DNA of 64,000 bases. Source: a virus. Below the pieces are notes generated by a model, which worked only from the letters and a program-made list of their open reading frames with translations, searched no databases and was not told the DNA's origin. Positions 46,576 through 56,409 of the stretch are shown in pieces (the stretch's first letter is position 1; every line of letters starts with the position of its first letter). Where the stretch lies: UHGV virus genome UHGV-0382128. One strand, given 5' to 3'. Both the position numbers and the translations under genes were made by a program.

Positions 46576-47502
46576 TTAATTGTGGGGTACGTAGCCACGG
46601 ACAAATGTAGGTGGAATCCAACAAAGTTTTCTTTTTCTTTCCCCATCTCTTGGACCGACCCAATATCTGCGCCAGTGCGCGCGACGAATATGTGCGGCCT
46701 TGGCGTGTTTGATACCTTCCATGGTTTTCAAGTCGGTGTTAAATCCCTTTAGATATTTCACTTGTTCTGGTGTGATGTCTATTTTAACGTCACGTTCACG
46801 AGGTTTGATTTCGTGACTTATGCTACCATTCTTTTTGATTTCTTTGAACTTAATGTCATTGAAAGACCCTCTGAGATTGGGCGGGATTAGCGTACAGAGA
46901 AATATCAACGATATGGCGGTTTTGGCCAGTGATAACCATAACGTCTTCTCTTGTTCGGTCTGTACGCCAGTTGTATAATCGATTTCAACAAGCCCGTTTC
47001 CAACACTACATATCTCTAACGAGCAGGTGGCGATTGTGGTAACGCCTTCTGTTAACCCGTAATCAGTATTTGTAGCAATTATAATAAACCTTCTATTCCC
47101 ATTTTTTCGATAACCGAGAAAGAAAGTCTCATCTTCTTTACCTACATCGATTGCCACAGTCCAAGTAGGTATAAAGTCCAACCATTCTTCAGGGAATTTA
47201 CTGGGCATCTCAGTCTCGAAAACAAGTTCTCTAAGTGCTCGATCGGATATTAAGGAAGCACCACCGTATAGCCATCCGATCGCCAATGTTTGAGCGTGAA
47301 GGGAACGGGGATCTTTGAGACCTAACTCAGCATCGTAGGGTATAAAGGCATTAGTTAAATGCTTACGATTCTTTTTTATCCATTTCGAGACGGGATTTTC
47401 TTTTGTTTGGTTTTCTTCCATGACATTTTCTAGATGCTGACTCCCCATTTGTCTAAGGCAGTCTTTAATACCTTTTACTTTTTTACTTTTGTACAAATAC
47501 AT
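46576..47502 (-). CDS. Paralog family A, member 2 (308 aa)
   Basis: C-terminal AAHIRRAHWRRYWVG...LCWIPPTFVRGY and an internal block similar to the gene downstream; own SD aggaga after a terminator. Confidence 0.55.
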   Translation of the reverse strand: MYLYKSKKVKGIKDCLRQMGSQHLENVMEENQTKENPVSKWIKKNRKHLTNAFIPYDAELGLKDPRSLHAQTLAIGWLYGGASLISDRALRELVFETEMPSKFPEEWLDFIPTWTVAIDVGKEDETFFLGYRKNGNRRFIIIATNTDYGLTEGVTTIATCSLEICSVGNGLVEIDYTTGVQTEQEKTLWLSLAKTAISLIFLCTLIPPNLRGSFNDIKFKEIKKNGSISHEIKPRERDVKIDITPEQVKYLKGFNTDLKTMEGIKHAKAAHIRRAHWRRYWVGPRDGERKRKLCWIPPTFVRGYVPHN

Positions 47503-47520
47503 GGTATATTCTCCTAAAAT

Positions 47521-47560
47521 GGTTAAAAAAGATAGAGGGACGCTTTAGCGTCCCTCTAAG
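47521..47560 (-). terminator. Rho-independent terminator
   Basis: Stem agagggacgc / gcgtccctct, loop ttta, T-run on minus strand, then SD aggaga + ATG. Confidence 0.7.
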
Positions 47561-48046
47561 TCAATCATCTTCGGTAAGTTCAGGATGGTGGGTTTTTAAG
47601 TATCCCCATATCTGAATGGCGAGTGGCTCTTGATTTTCTAGAATCATCTGCTTTATTTTAGACTTCGACCCCCCATTCCAAATTTCCTTATAAAGTTTTC
47701 TCCATTCCTCACAAGCATAAAGAACGGTTGTTGTCGGATTTATAGGTAATGAACGATCGTTGTCTAAGAGTTTGACTGTACTATCTAGGATAATGTTAAG
47801 ACATGTTATTATATCTGCTTTTGACACGACAGACTTATCGGAGGGAAAGAAATTAGGCAGATGGCCCATTATAACGCTTTTATAGGTTATCGTAATAAAT
47901 TTACCCACGGCGGTTACCATCCATGGTTCAGCTTTTCTAGATACGTACAAATAAGATGGTAACTGTTTCTCTATTAAATCTATATGGTTTAAAAACAAGT
48001 GAGTAATAGCGCTATTACTCGGCTTAATGATGTTATTTATGTACAT
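47561..48046 (-). CDS. Paralog family B, member 1 (161 aa)
   Basis: Same length as the upstream gene and shared C-terminal block (...W.KLYKEIW...IQIWGYLKTHHPE vs ...WEKFYTRIW...LQLWEWLKANYP). Confidence 0.5.
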   Translation of the reverse strand: MYINNIIKPSNSAITHLFLNHIDLIEKQLPSYLYVSRKAEPWMVTAVGKFITITYKSVIMGHLPNFFPSDKSVVSKADIITCLNIILDSTVKLLDNDRSLPINPTTTVLYACEEWRKLYKEIWNGGSKSKIKQMILENQEPLAIQIWGYLKTHHPELTEDD

Positions 48047-48075
48047 AAAGTACTCTCTTATTTTCAGTCTATATT

Positions 48076-48561
48076 CTATAGTGACACGTAAATAGGATAA
48101 TTAGCTTTCAGCCACTCCCATAGCTGTAAGGAAAGTAGGTTTTCATTACGTTCGATGATTTCCATGATTTCGTCCAAGTTAGAATCTTCAACCCAAATCC
48201 GGGTATAAAATTTTTCCCATTCCGGTTCTGTATAAGGGACTAGAGGAGTAGGGAATCGCTCCATGTGGTACGCATCAGAAACTTTCTTTAAGAACTCGTC
48301 GCGACCATGGCGTAGGCGTTGCCGAACGTCTGTTTCTGTTATGCGCTTGCTTGATAGATCGGAGAAGTCAAATAGGCTAAATATGTATTGCGTTAGACAC
48401 CGAGAAGAAAAGTAGGACGCGGCATAAGCCGCCATCCAAGGAGTGTCTGCAACCAACGGAGTCAACTTTTCTTCAATTTCTTTTCTTACACGTGTTTCGT
48501 TATTGAGAAATTCATGTACGATATCGCAGTTACGAATATCGAAGATATGATTTAAGTTCAT
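48076..48561 (-). CDS. Paralog family B, member 2 (161 aa)
   Basis: See family B member 1. Confidence 0.5.
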   Translation of the reverse strand: MNLNHIFDIRNCDIVHEFLNNETRVRKEIEEKLTPLVADTPWMAAYAASYFSSRCLTQYIFSLFDFSDLSSKRITETDVRQRLRHGRDEFLKKVSDAYHMERFPTPLVPYTEPEWEKFYTRIWVEDSNLDEIMEIIERNENLLSLQLWEWLKANYPIYVSL

Positions 48562-48562
48562 T

Positions 48563-49087
48563 TTACTGTCCTAAAATTGGGGTGAGTCTGTCTGCGGTGT
48601 TTAACAATGCTTTTGTAATTTCGTGGTTGGTCTCTTTTAGGATGGCGCAGCAGAGAGTGGTATAAACCTCGATTGCTAAACCGATTTCTTGTTCAGTCAG
48701 ACACGGTTCGGTGCCGCCAATCCCGTAACGCTGCGCTGCATACTCAATTTCAAGTTTCAAACGTTTTCGTAGTGCCTCGTCATCAGTTAAACGCGCGCAC
48801 GCCCGATCGAAACGTCTATTGTAAGCCTCGATCTTGTGGACAATTTCGCGTCGCAGTTGGTCGACCTTTACGTTATCATCAAGAGTGATGGTGACGTTGT
48901 CAACTAAACAGTAATGCACCGCGTGTCGTAAGTTGTGTAATGTGGCGGCAGTAACGACCCGCTCCTGATGGTCGCTAAAGCCGTGGGCACCACAGAGCTT
49001 GCGTGCAACCGCGCCAGAGATTTTCTCCTCTAACGCTATCGGCGTGGCAATGGTTGTTTTCTTACGAAGCTGAATTAAAATATCCAC
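48563..49087 (-). CDS. Hypothetical protein (174 aa)
   Basis: ORF abutting neighbours (operon-like spacing). Confidence 0.45.
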   Translation of the reverse strand: MDILIQLRKKTTIATPIALEEKISGAVARKLCGAHGFSDHQERVVTAATLHNLRHAVHYCLVDNVTITLDDNVKVDQLRREIVHKIEAYNRRFDRACARLTDDEALRKRLKLEIEYAAQRYGIGGTEPCLTEQEIGLAIEVYTTLCCAILKETNHEITKALLNTADRLTPILGQ

Positions 49088-49089
49088 GG

Positions 49090-49632
49090 TTATACTCCTT
49101 TAGGTTGTCCGTATTTTGACGATAGGTAGATGAGTTCAGCATGGCAGATTTTCTCAACTAACCCGAGTGTCTCAAGGAAAATATCCCGGATACGGGACAT
49201 CGTTTCGTTGGTAAGAATATCGCTCCAACATGTTGTGTCTATTATATCCGTCGTTGAAGATTGGCGCTGCAATATTGCGACATACACTTCGTCGAGGCTA
49301 TCTGGTGCATTATTCTGTAAGTAATGGGCGGCATGTAGAAAGGCTTTCTCAAGAATCAGCTGAATATCCGTATCGGGATCAGTTACCCGTACTAAATGCG
49401 GGTATGTCATAGCCGAACTGATTTTTATCACTAACTGCTCAACGAGGTTATTCACCATCGCTTCTGAATCCAGGATAGTAATATCAGCTCCATCGTGTTC
49501 TTCAGAAATCTTATTCTCATGCACTGCTATCGCATCGTGTAATTCAAACGCAACGCGACTTCGCATCTCACTTAACACTTTGTTTAATTTGTCCCGTGAC
49601 TCGCTGAGTGAGAAATCGATAAGTATTTTCAT
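49090..49632 (-). CDS. Hypothetical protein (180 aa)
   Basis: ORF; 1-nt overlap with the upstream gene. Confidence 0.45.
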   Translation of the reverse strand: MKILIDFSLSESRDKLNKVLSEMRSRVAFELHDAIAVHENKISEEHDGADITILDSEAMVNNLVEQLVIKISSAMTYPHLVRVTDPDTDIQLILEKAFLHAAHYLQNNAPDSLDEVYVAILQRQSSTTDIIDTTCWSDILTNETMSRIRDIFLETLGLVEKICHAELIYLSSKYGQPKGV

Positions 49633-50375
49633 TATACGTACTCCTGATAAATTGGCCGACCCCGATCTTCTCGAATCTGGCAGTATGTTACAACAATACC
49701 GTTAGGGATTTGTGCGCCGCTGTCTTCAAGGTAAATAACGCCCGTAGCTTCACAGAGATAAAACGACCACAATCGTGAGATACCAAGCCGTGCGTTCTCG
49801 TAGTGACTGAATGGCCAGAAACCACAGTGAATCTCATCATAGTCTCCCCGTTCTATCCCGTAAGCAATCATTTCTTTTTCCCACAACGTACATTCAGCGT
49901 CGTAAGTCGAAAACCAGAAACCAACGAGATTCTTTGTCCGCTTAACGTTCATTAAGTCGTTATAAATGGGAAAGAGTGCTTTATTGAAATTTTCTAACAT
50001 CTCTGGAGAGAATAGAAAATTCATGTAGTATTCTAGCCATTGATAAACGGCTTCCCAGACATCTTCAGAAGAGAAATGTTCGAATACGGCGTCATCGCAA
50101 TCGTAGTTATCGAAGATCCCTGAGAGATCTATTTCGACGACGCCGCGAAGGTCAAAGTTTCTGTTGGTATTGACAGCGTCAATAACCTCAGCGATGAGAC
50201 GAGTAAAGACGATTGTGCAGGCGGTTTGTGCGGTATAAAAGAATTCTCCTTGTACGGTTGACCACTTCGGGTCCTTCAAATGTTCATTGAAGTATTGTGG
50301 CCAAATTTTATAAAAGATTCCCTCGAACAACGAGGGATTGATACGTTGTAATTGAGGGACATAAACTTTTAGCAT
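49632..50375 (-). CDS. Hypothetical protein (247 aa)
   Basis: ORF only. Confidence 0.45.
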   Translation of the reverse strand: MLKVYVPQLQRINPSLFEGIFYKIWPQYFNEHLKDPKWSTVQGEFFYTAQTACTIVFTRLIAEVIDAVNTNRNFDLRGVVEIDLSGIFDNYDCDDAVFEHFSSEDVWEAVYQWLEYYMNFLFSPEMLENFNKALFPIYNDLMNVKRTKNLVGFWFSTYDAECTLWEKEMIAYGIERGDYDEIHCGFWPFSHYENARLGISRLWSFYLCEATGVIYLEDSGAQIPNGIVVTYCQIREDRGRPIYQEYV

Positions 50376-50411
50376 TCTAATAACTCCAATGGTGTTACAC
50401 CTGGATAATAT

Positions 50412-51080
50412 CTATCTAAGAATATTTTTAATGAAAAAAGGATCGGCTGTAAACTCCTTCACTTGTGAGTCATAACCCGAATGTATTTGATCGCTACTGA
50501 GCAAATACTGGTCTAGGTCGTGCGGAAGAATCCAAGAATCACCTTGCTTAAAAATACCATAATCTGCTGTTCCTGCGGAAAAAATGATTTCCTCTGGAAA
50601 CGAATAGACACGGCGTAAGGCAAGATCGGATGGCTTTAACACGATTAATCGAACGGGATGTTGACTGACTGCCTCTTTAATAAACTGTTCACGATTAAAC
50701 CAAATTATTTTTTCGGGGTAAGTTTCGAATTCAGCCCATGCCCGCGTGATAACTAATTTGGAAATCTTTCTCAATTCTTCAGAACGCTCTGCGTAGCCGA
50801 TGCACTCCTTGCGTACTTCATGATTTTCTATCGATGTTGTGAATTTTTGGAATAGGTGTTGTTGGAAAAAGCCGTTCTCCGGGATATCACAACCCGCGTT
50901 GTATAGTGCTATGATCTCCCACAACAACGAAAGAGAAAACACAAATGCTAACTTTTCCACAACTTCCCAATCTTCGGAGTAAGGGGCTTTAAAGCCCCAA
51001 TACTGCCGTGCGTTATACATAAAGTGAGTTTGTAAAAACCGAGGGGCTTTTGACAAGACCTCACTATAAACGATCAGCAT
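50412..51080 (-). CDS. Hypothetical protein (222 aa)
   Basis: ORF; 7-nt overlap with the RNase H gene. Confidence 0.45.
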   Translation of the reverse strand: MLIVYSEVLSKAPRFLQTHFMYNARQYWGFKAPYSEDWEVVEKLAFVFSLSLLWEIIALYNAGCDIPENGFFQQHLFQKFTTSIENHEVRKECIGYAERSEELRKISKLVITRAWAEFETYPEKIIWFNREQFIKEAVSQHPVRLIVLKPSDLALRRVYSFPEEIIFSAGTADYGIFKQGDSWILPHDLDQYLLSSDQIHSGYDSQVKEFTADPFFIKNILR

Positions 51081-52594
51081 TCAAGCTCCTTATCCGTCAA
51101 TATTCGTTTGTTTGAATAATAGCCGCACCACAAACCATGATATTTTTCCCCGATATAAACCAACGCGTATTCGATATACTGCCGTTCTGGACGACGTACA
51201 GCCACGTAAAACCGCCCTTCCGGTTCTTTGATACGGTTGATTTCCGTACGCGTCGGTATGTCGATACCTCGAGTAAGGATAGCTTTAACCTTGTTTTTAC
51301 TACCAGGGATCTTGATGGTTACGTCAAAACCTTTATCTACGTTACGATAAATGTCTTTCTTCGGCTTACCTTTCTCATCGTAAAGTACGTCAGTAATGTC
51401 ATTCAACACTACTGAGTTTTTCCCTTCCATGGCATCGCGTAACCAACCTGCAAGCTCATCACGAATCGCAATACAACGATAAGATAATAGCGCAGGACGA
51501 AGAATTCGTGTAATCGAAAGATCTTCAAACATCCACAGGTTTTTGTCTTCACTAAAATGCATCCGATCGATAGGAATGCCGTTAGCAGCGGCTTCTGCGA
51601 ACTTCTTGCGCTTTACGAATAAGTTAAAAACAACGGCGATTGGATCAAATTGACGTAAACGGGGCACCCCTTCCCACGCTTTCGCAGAATGGGTATTTAC
51701 CAACTCGTATACGTTATCCCACGGTTCTTTGGTAAACATTACGCAGAATTGTGCATCTGGAATGTACTTACCAACGAAGACGATATCATCCTTCTGTTTT
51801 GCGTGGTTTCCACCGAACATGTAATAAAGTTTATTACCGTTAACTGTAACAGTGGGGTGAGGCTCGTTCACCATCGGGTAACAGAACTTCGTAACACAGA
51901 TATCGGGAAAAGTGGACAAATTGACACCCTCACCAACAACTTCCGGTTGCTGTTCTTCCTCAGGCAGTTCGTCTTTTGACCAATACGGTGTATAGTCTAA
52001 CCCCTCCCCTCGGGCAGAGATAATTGAGCCTTTCCGCGCTAACTCGTCTGCGCGTTCGTTTCCATAACGTCCAGAGTGGCCTTTAATTTTAAGGACACGA
52101 ACACCTTTCCCTTCTTTCTTTAAGCGCTGTTTAACCACCCACATCCGTTGGATTAATTCCAGATTCGCAATAGGTGTACCGTCCGCACGACGCCAACCAC
52201 GTGCTGCCCAACCATCAATCCAGTCGTTATACGTGTTGACAACGTAAGATGCGTCGATATAGATAACGTAGTTTTTGGCAACGAAGGGGGCGTGTTCGAA
52301 GACGGTCAGGAAAGCCACGAGTTCTGCAACGTCGGAGTGTGACATTTTTGGTACAGGAACAACTCCGTCAATAAACTCCACGGTTTCTGGTAAAGGCGGA
52401 AGTTTTTCATCTTTGTTTATCTGGCGGTATCCTGACGTCGTAATCCCCTCGGGAATAGTGGGATGGCGGTAAACCCGACCATCCTCAATCGCTTCACGAT
52501 TAAATAAGTATCCATGAATCCCCGCCCCTGTACCGAGCGGGGAGGTCAAATGGCTACCGTCCGTGTAAATTACTGCAACATCAACGTTCTTCAT
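51074..52594 (-). CDS. RNase H (RNase HI-like) domain fused to a ~310-aa C-terminal domain of unknown function (506 aa)
   Basis: N-terminus carries the full RNase HI pattern: IYTDGS, AELVAF, IYIDASYVVN...W..GW, IKGHSGRYGNERADELARKG (cf. E. coli RnhA FTDGS...E...STDSQYV...VKGHAGHPENERCDELAR). Confidence 0.8.
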   Translation of the reverse strand: MKNVDVAVIYTDGSHLTSPLGTGAGIHGYLFNREAIEDGRVYRHPTIPEGITTSGYRQINKDEKLPPLPETVEFIDGVVPVPKMSHSDVAELVAFLTVFEHAPFVAKNYVIYIDASYVVNTYNDWIDGWAARGWRRADGTPIANLELIQRMWVVKQRLKKEGKGVRVLKIKGHSGRYGNERADELARKGSIISARGEGLDYTPYWSKDELPEEEQQPEVVGEGVNLSTFPDICVTKFCYPMVNEPHPTVTVNGNKLYYMFGGNHAKQKDDIVFVGKYIPDAQFCVMFTKEPWDNVYELVNTHSAKAWEGVPRLRQFDPIAVVFNLFVKRKKFAEAAANGIPIDRMHFSEDKNLWMFEDLSITRILRPALLSYRCIAIRDELAGWLRDAMEGKNSVVLNDITDVLYDEKGKPKKDIYRNVDKGFDVTIKIPGSKNKVKAILTRGIDIPTRTEINRIKEPEGRFYVAVRRPERQYIEYALVYIGEKYHGLWCGYYSNKRILTDKELEC

Positions 52595-52596
52595 TC

Positions 52597-53331
52597 TTAA
52601 TCCCTGGTTAATTGATCACGAATCTGCGGCGCAACATACTCGCCAGTTTTCAGTTCTTCGTGACAGGCTTTGGCGCGTTCAAACCCGTATTGGTGTGTGA
52701 CCAAAGCGAGGTGGTAAATACGTGCCGTGGTGTAGGCTTCTTTTGCTGCATCCCACATTGCGTGGTGCTCAAAAGCGGGCTTACCGCGTGTCCAATAAAC
52801 TTGCTCTACCGTTAAGTCGGGTTCGAAACCAAACGCAAAGGCTAAACGTTCTGCGGTGCGATCGCTATCCAGCGCACTAAATTTACGGAACTTCCCGGGC
52901 GGAATATCGCATTGTGCGAAAGCGTTCATGAAAATCGGCGCATCGAAGTCGGGACCGCGCATGGTAATAACAAACTCATGTTTTGCGGTGATCTCCCCGA
53001 GCCATTTTTGCATCGCCCACAGAGCATCAGGCAATGCTGTTGTTCCACCCCATGCTTCCGCATAGGCTTCACGAGACGGCGCGTATTCAGGTTCGCCTTT
53101 ACCTTCCCACCATCCCACCGTTTGTGGGTCTTCGTGGAAAATAGCTTTTGCTTTAGGGTCATTAGGATCGATACGGATGTATGAGGAACCAACCATTTTC
53201 AAGGTAGGGACGTCAAACGCCACTAAACCTGCACTCAACAGATAAGCGTCGGGACGTAACGATTTGGTTTCTGCATCGGCACCAATAACCAACGTCGGTG
53301 TGTACGGGGTGATAATTTTTGGGTAGGTCAT
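52597..53331 (-). CDS. Putative DEDDh-type 3'-5' exonuclease (244 aa)
   Basis: LVIGADAETKSL (Exo I-like DxE) and C-terminal EHHAMWDA (H-x4-D, Exo III-like); spacing and middle motif not verified. Confidence 0.4.
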   Translation of the reverse strand: MTYPKIITPYTPTLVIGADAETKSLRPDAYLLSAGLVAFDVPTLKMVGSSYIRIDPNDPKAKAIFHEDPQTVGWWEGKGEPEYAPSREAYAEAWGGTTALPDALWAMQKWLGEITAKHEFVITMRGPDFDAPIFMNAFAQCDIPPGKFRKFSALDSDRTAERLAFAFGFEPDLTVEQVYWTRGKPAFEHHAMWDAAKEAYTTARIYHLALVTHQYGFERAKACHEELKTGEYVAPQIRDQLTRD

Positions 53332-53371
53332 GTTGAATTCTCCTGTTAGTCTACATTAAAATAGTCGTAAA

Positions 53372-53418
53372 CGTTAAAAAGAAAGGCCCTCCTGTACCTC
53401 GAAGGGTACAGGAGGGAG
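53372..53418 (-). terminator. Rho-independent terminator
   Basis: Stem ccctcctgtaccc / gggtacaggaggg, loop tcgaa, T-run on minus, then SD aggaga + ATG. Confidence 0.7.
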
Positions 53419-53420
53419 TG

Positions 53421-53879
53421 TCAGTACAAACACGATGTCAAGTATTGGTTATACGAATCGAGCAGTGCCTGACGGTCGGAACGGTAATTCCACAACAAAT
53501 TATTGAGTTTACGCGATAAATCACGGCTAATCTCCTGGGCCGTTAAAGAGCTCTCATCAAGAAACATGCGCTCAGGTACAACGTGTAATTTCGGTAACTC
53601 ATAGCGTTCACAAAGTGGAGCCAACATTGGTGGACTCCAGCCACGTTTAGCGGCTTGCTGGTTTAAATTTCGTGTGTAGACATAAACGTAATAAGCATAG
53701 GTGTTGACATCTGCAACATACTCACGCATTGCATTCTTGTCAATTTTCCAATTCACCATTATTGGCGGTTCAGGAGGAAGTTCCAGTGGTCTATAAGCTG
53801 GACGTTTAACTTCGTCACCGTAGCTATTACTCACCAACCCCACGAACACTACCATGATGAATAATAGCATTTTCATCAA
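53421..53879 (-). CDS. Secreted/periplasmic protein with N-terminal signal peptide (152 aa)
   Basis: MMKMLLFIMVVFVGLVSNSYG|DEV: hydrophobic core and small residues at -3/-1; no lipobox Cys. Confidence 0.5.
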   Translation of the reverse strand: MMKMLLFIMVVFVGLVSNSYGDEVKRPAYRPLELPPEPPIMVNWKIDKNAMREYVADVNTYAYYVYVYTRNLNQQAAKRGWSPPMLAPLCERYELPKLHVVPERMFLDESSLTAQEISRDLSRKLNNLLWNYRSDRQALLDSYNQYLTSCLY

Positions 53880-54383
53880 TCACTCCTTAGAAGACGATAG
53901 CGTCTTTATGATCTCCTGTCGAAAACTGTTCGCGTTTAAATTACCAACAGGTCTCGCCGAAGCCTCTTTACGTTGTTCTGGTGTTGAAGCCGGATTAACA
54001 GGAGTTTCTGGTTTTGCCGAGGACAGATCCTTCGTCGTACCGCTCGCTTTCGATGAATTAAACGTGCTTTCATATGGCGGTTTCTGGCCGAGGCAAACGA
54101 AGAGTCTGTCGTATAACTTATCATTATCTTCTTTTAGTTTATCTCGATCTTGTTTCATCTCTTGGTAAGACTGTGACATATAAGTGTCATGAGACTGCAC
54201 TGCAACGAGCGCGTGAAACTGTTGTACATAGGCGTAGGAGACGAAGCCAGAATACGACAACAAGATCGTGATGATTAAAGTCATTATCTTGCTTGCTCTT
54301 GATACGTTTTCTCCTTCTCCTGGTTTAAATGCTTCCATTAACATCTGAAGGAAGAACGGAAGCACTTTAAAAAATGAACCCAT
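53880..54383 (-). CDS. Membrane protein with one N-terminal TM helix and charged periplasmic/coiled-coil-like domain (167 aa); i-spanin-like
   Basis: TM segment IMTLIITILLSYSGFVSYAYV, then KQDRDKLKEDNDKLYDRL; abuts the signal-peptide gene. Confidence 0.4.
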   Translation of the reverse strand: MGSFFKVLPFFLQMLMEAFKPGEGENVSRASKIMTLIITILLSYSGFVSYAYVQQFHALVAVQSHDTYMSQSYQEMKQDRDKLKEDNDKLYDRLFVCLGQKPPYESTFNSSKASGTTKDLSSAKPETPVNPASTPEQRKEASARPVGNLNANSFRQEIIKTLSSSKE

Positions 54384-54408
54384 TGCTCACCTCGGAGTAT
54401 TTTTAATT

Positions 54409-55782
54409 ATGTTAGACTTACAAGGTTTTATTCAGATACCGGCACTGTTTGACAATCAGGACGGCGTCACCGCTCCGGTGGGCGAGCTGTCGGATTTGAC
54501 ACTCTCGTACGCGAAGAGTAAACAGACGTTTACCAAAACCAATTTGCAAGTTCAATTGGTGACTTTTACGTCTAAACGAGAAAAACAGACGGTTGTTGTA
54601 CCAGCCGAATTTTCTGATCATATTCTAACCGTTTCTCAATGGATATACCAGCAAGCCATCTTGGGGAATCTGAGAAATGACGAACTTGAATTCCAGCGCC
54701 TGTTACTAGGACAATTCCAATCAACCATTTCTGGCGTTCAGTCCGGTGCGATGATTCAGACGAACAGTAATTGGTTCCCACGCTGGGTGAGCTGGAAATA
54801 TGAAGCAACAGCAGATCAAGTACAAGATGACACTGATGTAGATAATCAGATCATTGTTTGGTTCTCGGATGAAGACTTCGATCAAGATTACACAGGGTTC
54901 GAAATCGAAGTGCAGATGCCGATTTCACCAATCGACACATTTTTGTCGACCAAGTCAGTCGTTGAAAAGGCGATGGAAGGGTTTAACCTTACCGAACACC
55001 ATAAGAAAATCAATGAGTTAATGGCAGGATTTCCTTACACCGCTATCCAAACCAACTACTATACTTGGCACGATAAAGAAAACTACGAGTCCACCCTAGT
55101 TGTCCCAATGTCGGTTATTATTTACGGCCGCGCGGGAAAAAACCCAACGAAAATAAAGCAAGCATTGCGAGAACATATTCTTGCCAATTCTAGCTTTACT
55201 GTCCCCGTCGGGGTAAAGGTATTTCCTGAAATTTTCACTACCACGAAATTTACAATTGTTCCTGGATGGAAAATTCGTGGAATACCTAATGAGGAAGACG
55301 TAGCGGCGCTTTATTCCCCTATCCTTCCATATGATTTCTGGGTCAAAGCTATCAGTCGGTTTGGAGAATGGGCAGACCTGACGGTAGCGGAAAGAAATAC
55401 TAAAACGATCAGTAAGCCTACGACAGATGTAACTGACTTACCAACCGTTTATAAATCATTAAACTGTGTTGTAATCAGTGGGCCGGAAAATGATACGCGG
55501 AAAGCGACCTTACACGAAACTATCCCGGATTATGCGTTAATTGCGACGACTAACCCTGATATTGCGCGTATGTCGAAAACAACGACCGAATGGTTGGCGT
55601 TATTCTTCCAGGCACTTATTGCTGCGGAAGAATACCACCCGTATCAAACCAGCTTAGATGTTGTAAAACTGGTCGATGAGGCTGACCCTGATAACTACTT
55701 CTGGGTGTTTGAATACGACAACGTAGAATATCGTATCCTGTCTCGGAAAGCGAAATGGTACACCGAGTTAGACGAGGAGTAA
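54409..55782 (+). CDS. Hypothetical protein (457 aa)
   Basis: ORF; only 25 bp from the divergent 54383 start. Confidence 0.5.
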   Translation: MLDLQGFIQIPALFDNQDGVTAPVGELSDLTLSYAKSKQTFTKTNLQVQLVTFTSKREKQTVVVPAEFSDHILTVSQWIYQQAILGNLRNDELEFQRLLLGQFQSTISGVQSGAMIQTNSNWFPRWVSWKYEATADQVQDDTDVDNQIIVWFSDEDFDQDYTGFEIEVQMPISPIDTFLSTKSVVEKAMEGFNLTEHHKKINELMAGFPYTAIQTNYYTWHDKENYESTLVVPMSVIIYGRAGKNPTKIKQALREHILANSSFTVPVGVKVFPEIFTTTKFTIVPGWKIRGIPNEEDVAALYSPILPYDFWVKAISRFGEWADLTVAERNTKTISKPTTDVTDLPTVYKSLNCVVISGPENDTRKATLHETIPDYALIATTNPDIARMSKTTTEWLALFFQALIAAEEYHPYQTSLDVVKLVDEADPDNYFWVFEYDNVEYRILSRKAKWYTELDEE

Positions 55783-55785
55783 TGA

Positions 55786-56409
55786 ATGGCTACGCGTTTA
55801 CCACTCCAGGTACCAGTCAACACCACGGGACTGTTTAAAGTAAAAACACCATTTACTTTGGCCGAGACCGTCATTTATACGGTAGAAGCGTCACGTACCT
55901 TCCCAGATTTAGTACGTCAGAATATTGACGTTTATAACTCGTATTACCAGCCAGTAGGGCTAGGACGTGAAGAATATTTAGCAGATGCGAATGTTAGCGC
56001 GTCGATTCTGACATTTAAATCTCGTGATGGTCAAGTTGTATACATACCTGACACCTACCTGGAATCATACCCAGGTTTATCCGGGATCACGTATCAACGA
56101 AATGTGTTAGTGGTAGATTTGGCACTGGTACCGGATTACGTGAAAGTGTCGTCTATAACAAAAGACGTTTCAGATATTCTCACGCATACACTAGGGATTG
56201 AGCCGAAAGTTGAAATTACAACGCTCGAGTATGAGGGGAAGGTAACGGAGGAACAACACTTGCAGATGGAAGCGGCACGAAAAAATAAAATTCGTGAATC
56301 TATTCCATTAGGTGAGAAAGTTGCTGCGTTGACAGAAGAGAACAAAAAATTAAAAGAGTTAAACAACCAAATGTTAGAGATTCTTAAAGCTAACGGGTTA
56401 GTTAACTAA
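55786..56409 (+). CDS. Hypothetical protein (207 aa) with C-terminal coiled-coil-like segment
   Basis: ORF 3 nt after the upstream gene; ends at a terminator. Confidence 0.5.
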   Translation: MATRLPLQVPVNTTGLFKVKTPFTLAETVIYTVEASRTFPDLVRQNIDVYNSYYQPVGLGREEYLADANVSASILTFKSRDGQVVYIPDTYLESYPGLSGITYQRNVLVVDLALVPDYVKVSSITKDVSDILTHTLGIEPKVEITTLEYEGKVTEEQHLQMEAARKNKIRESIPLGEKVAALTEENKKLKELNNQMLEILKANGLVN

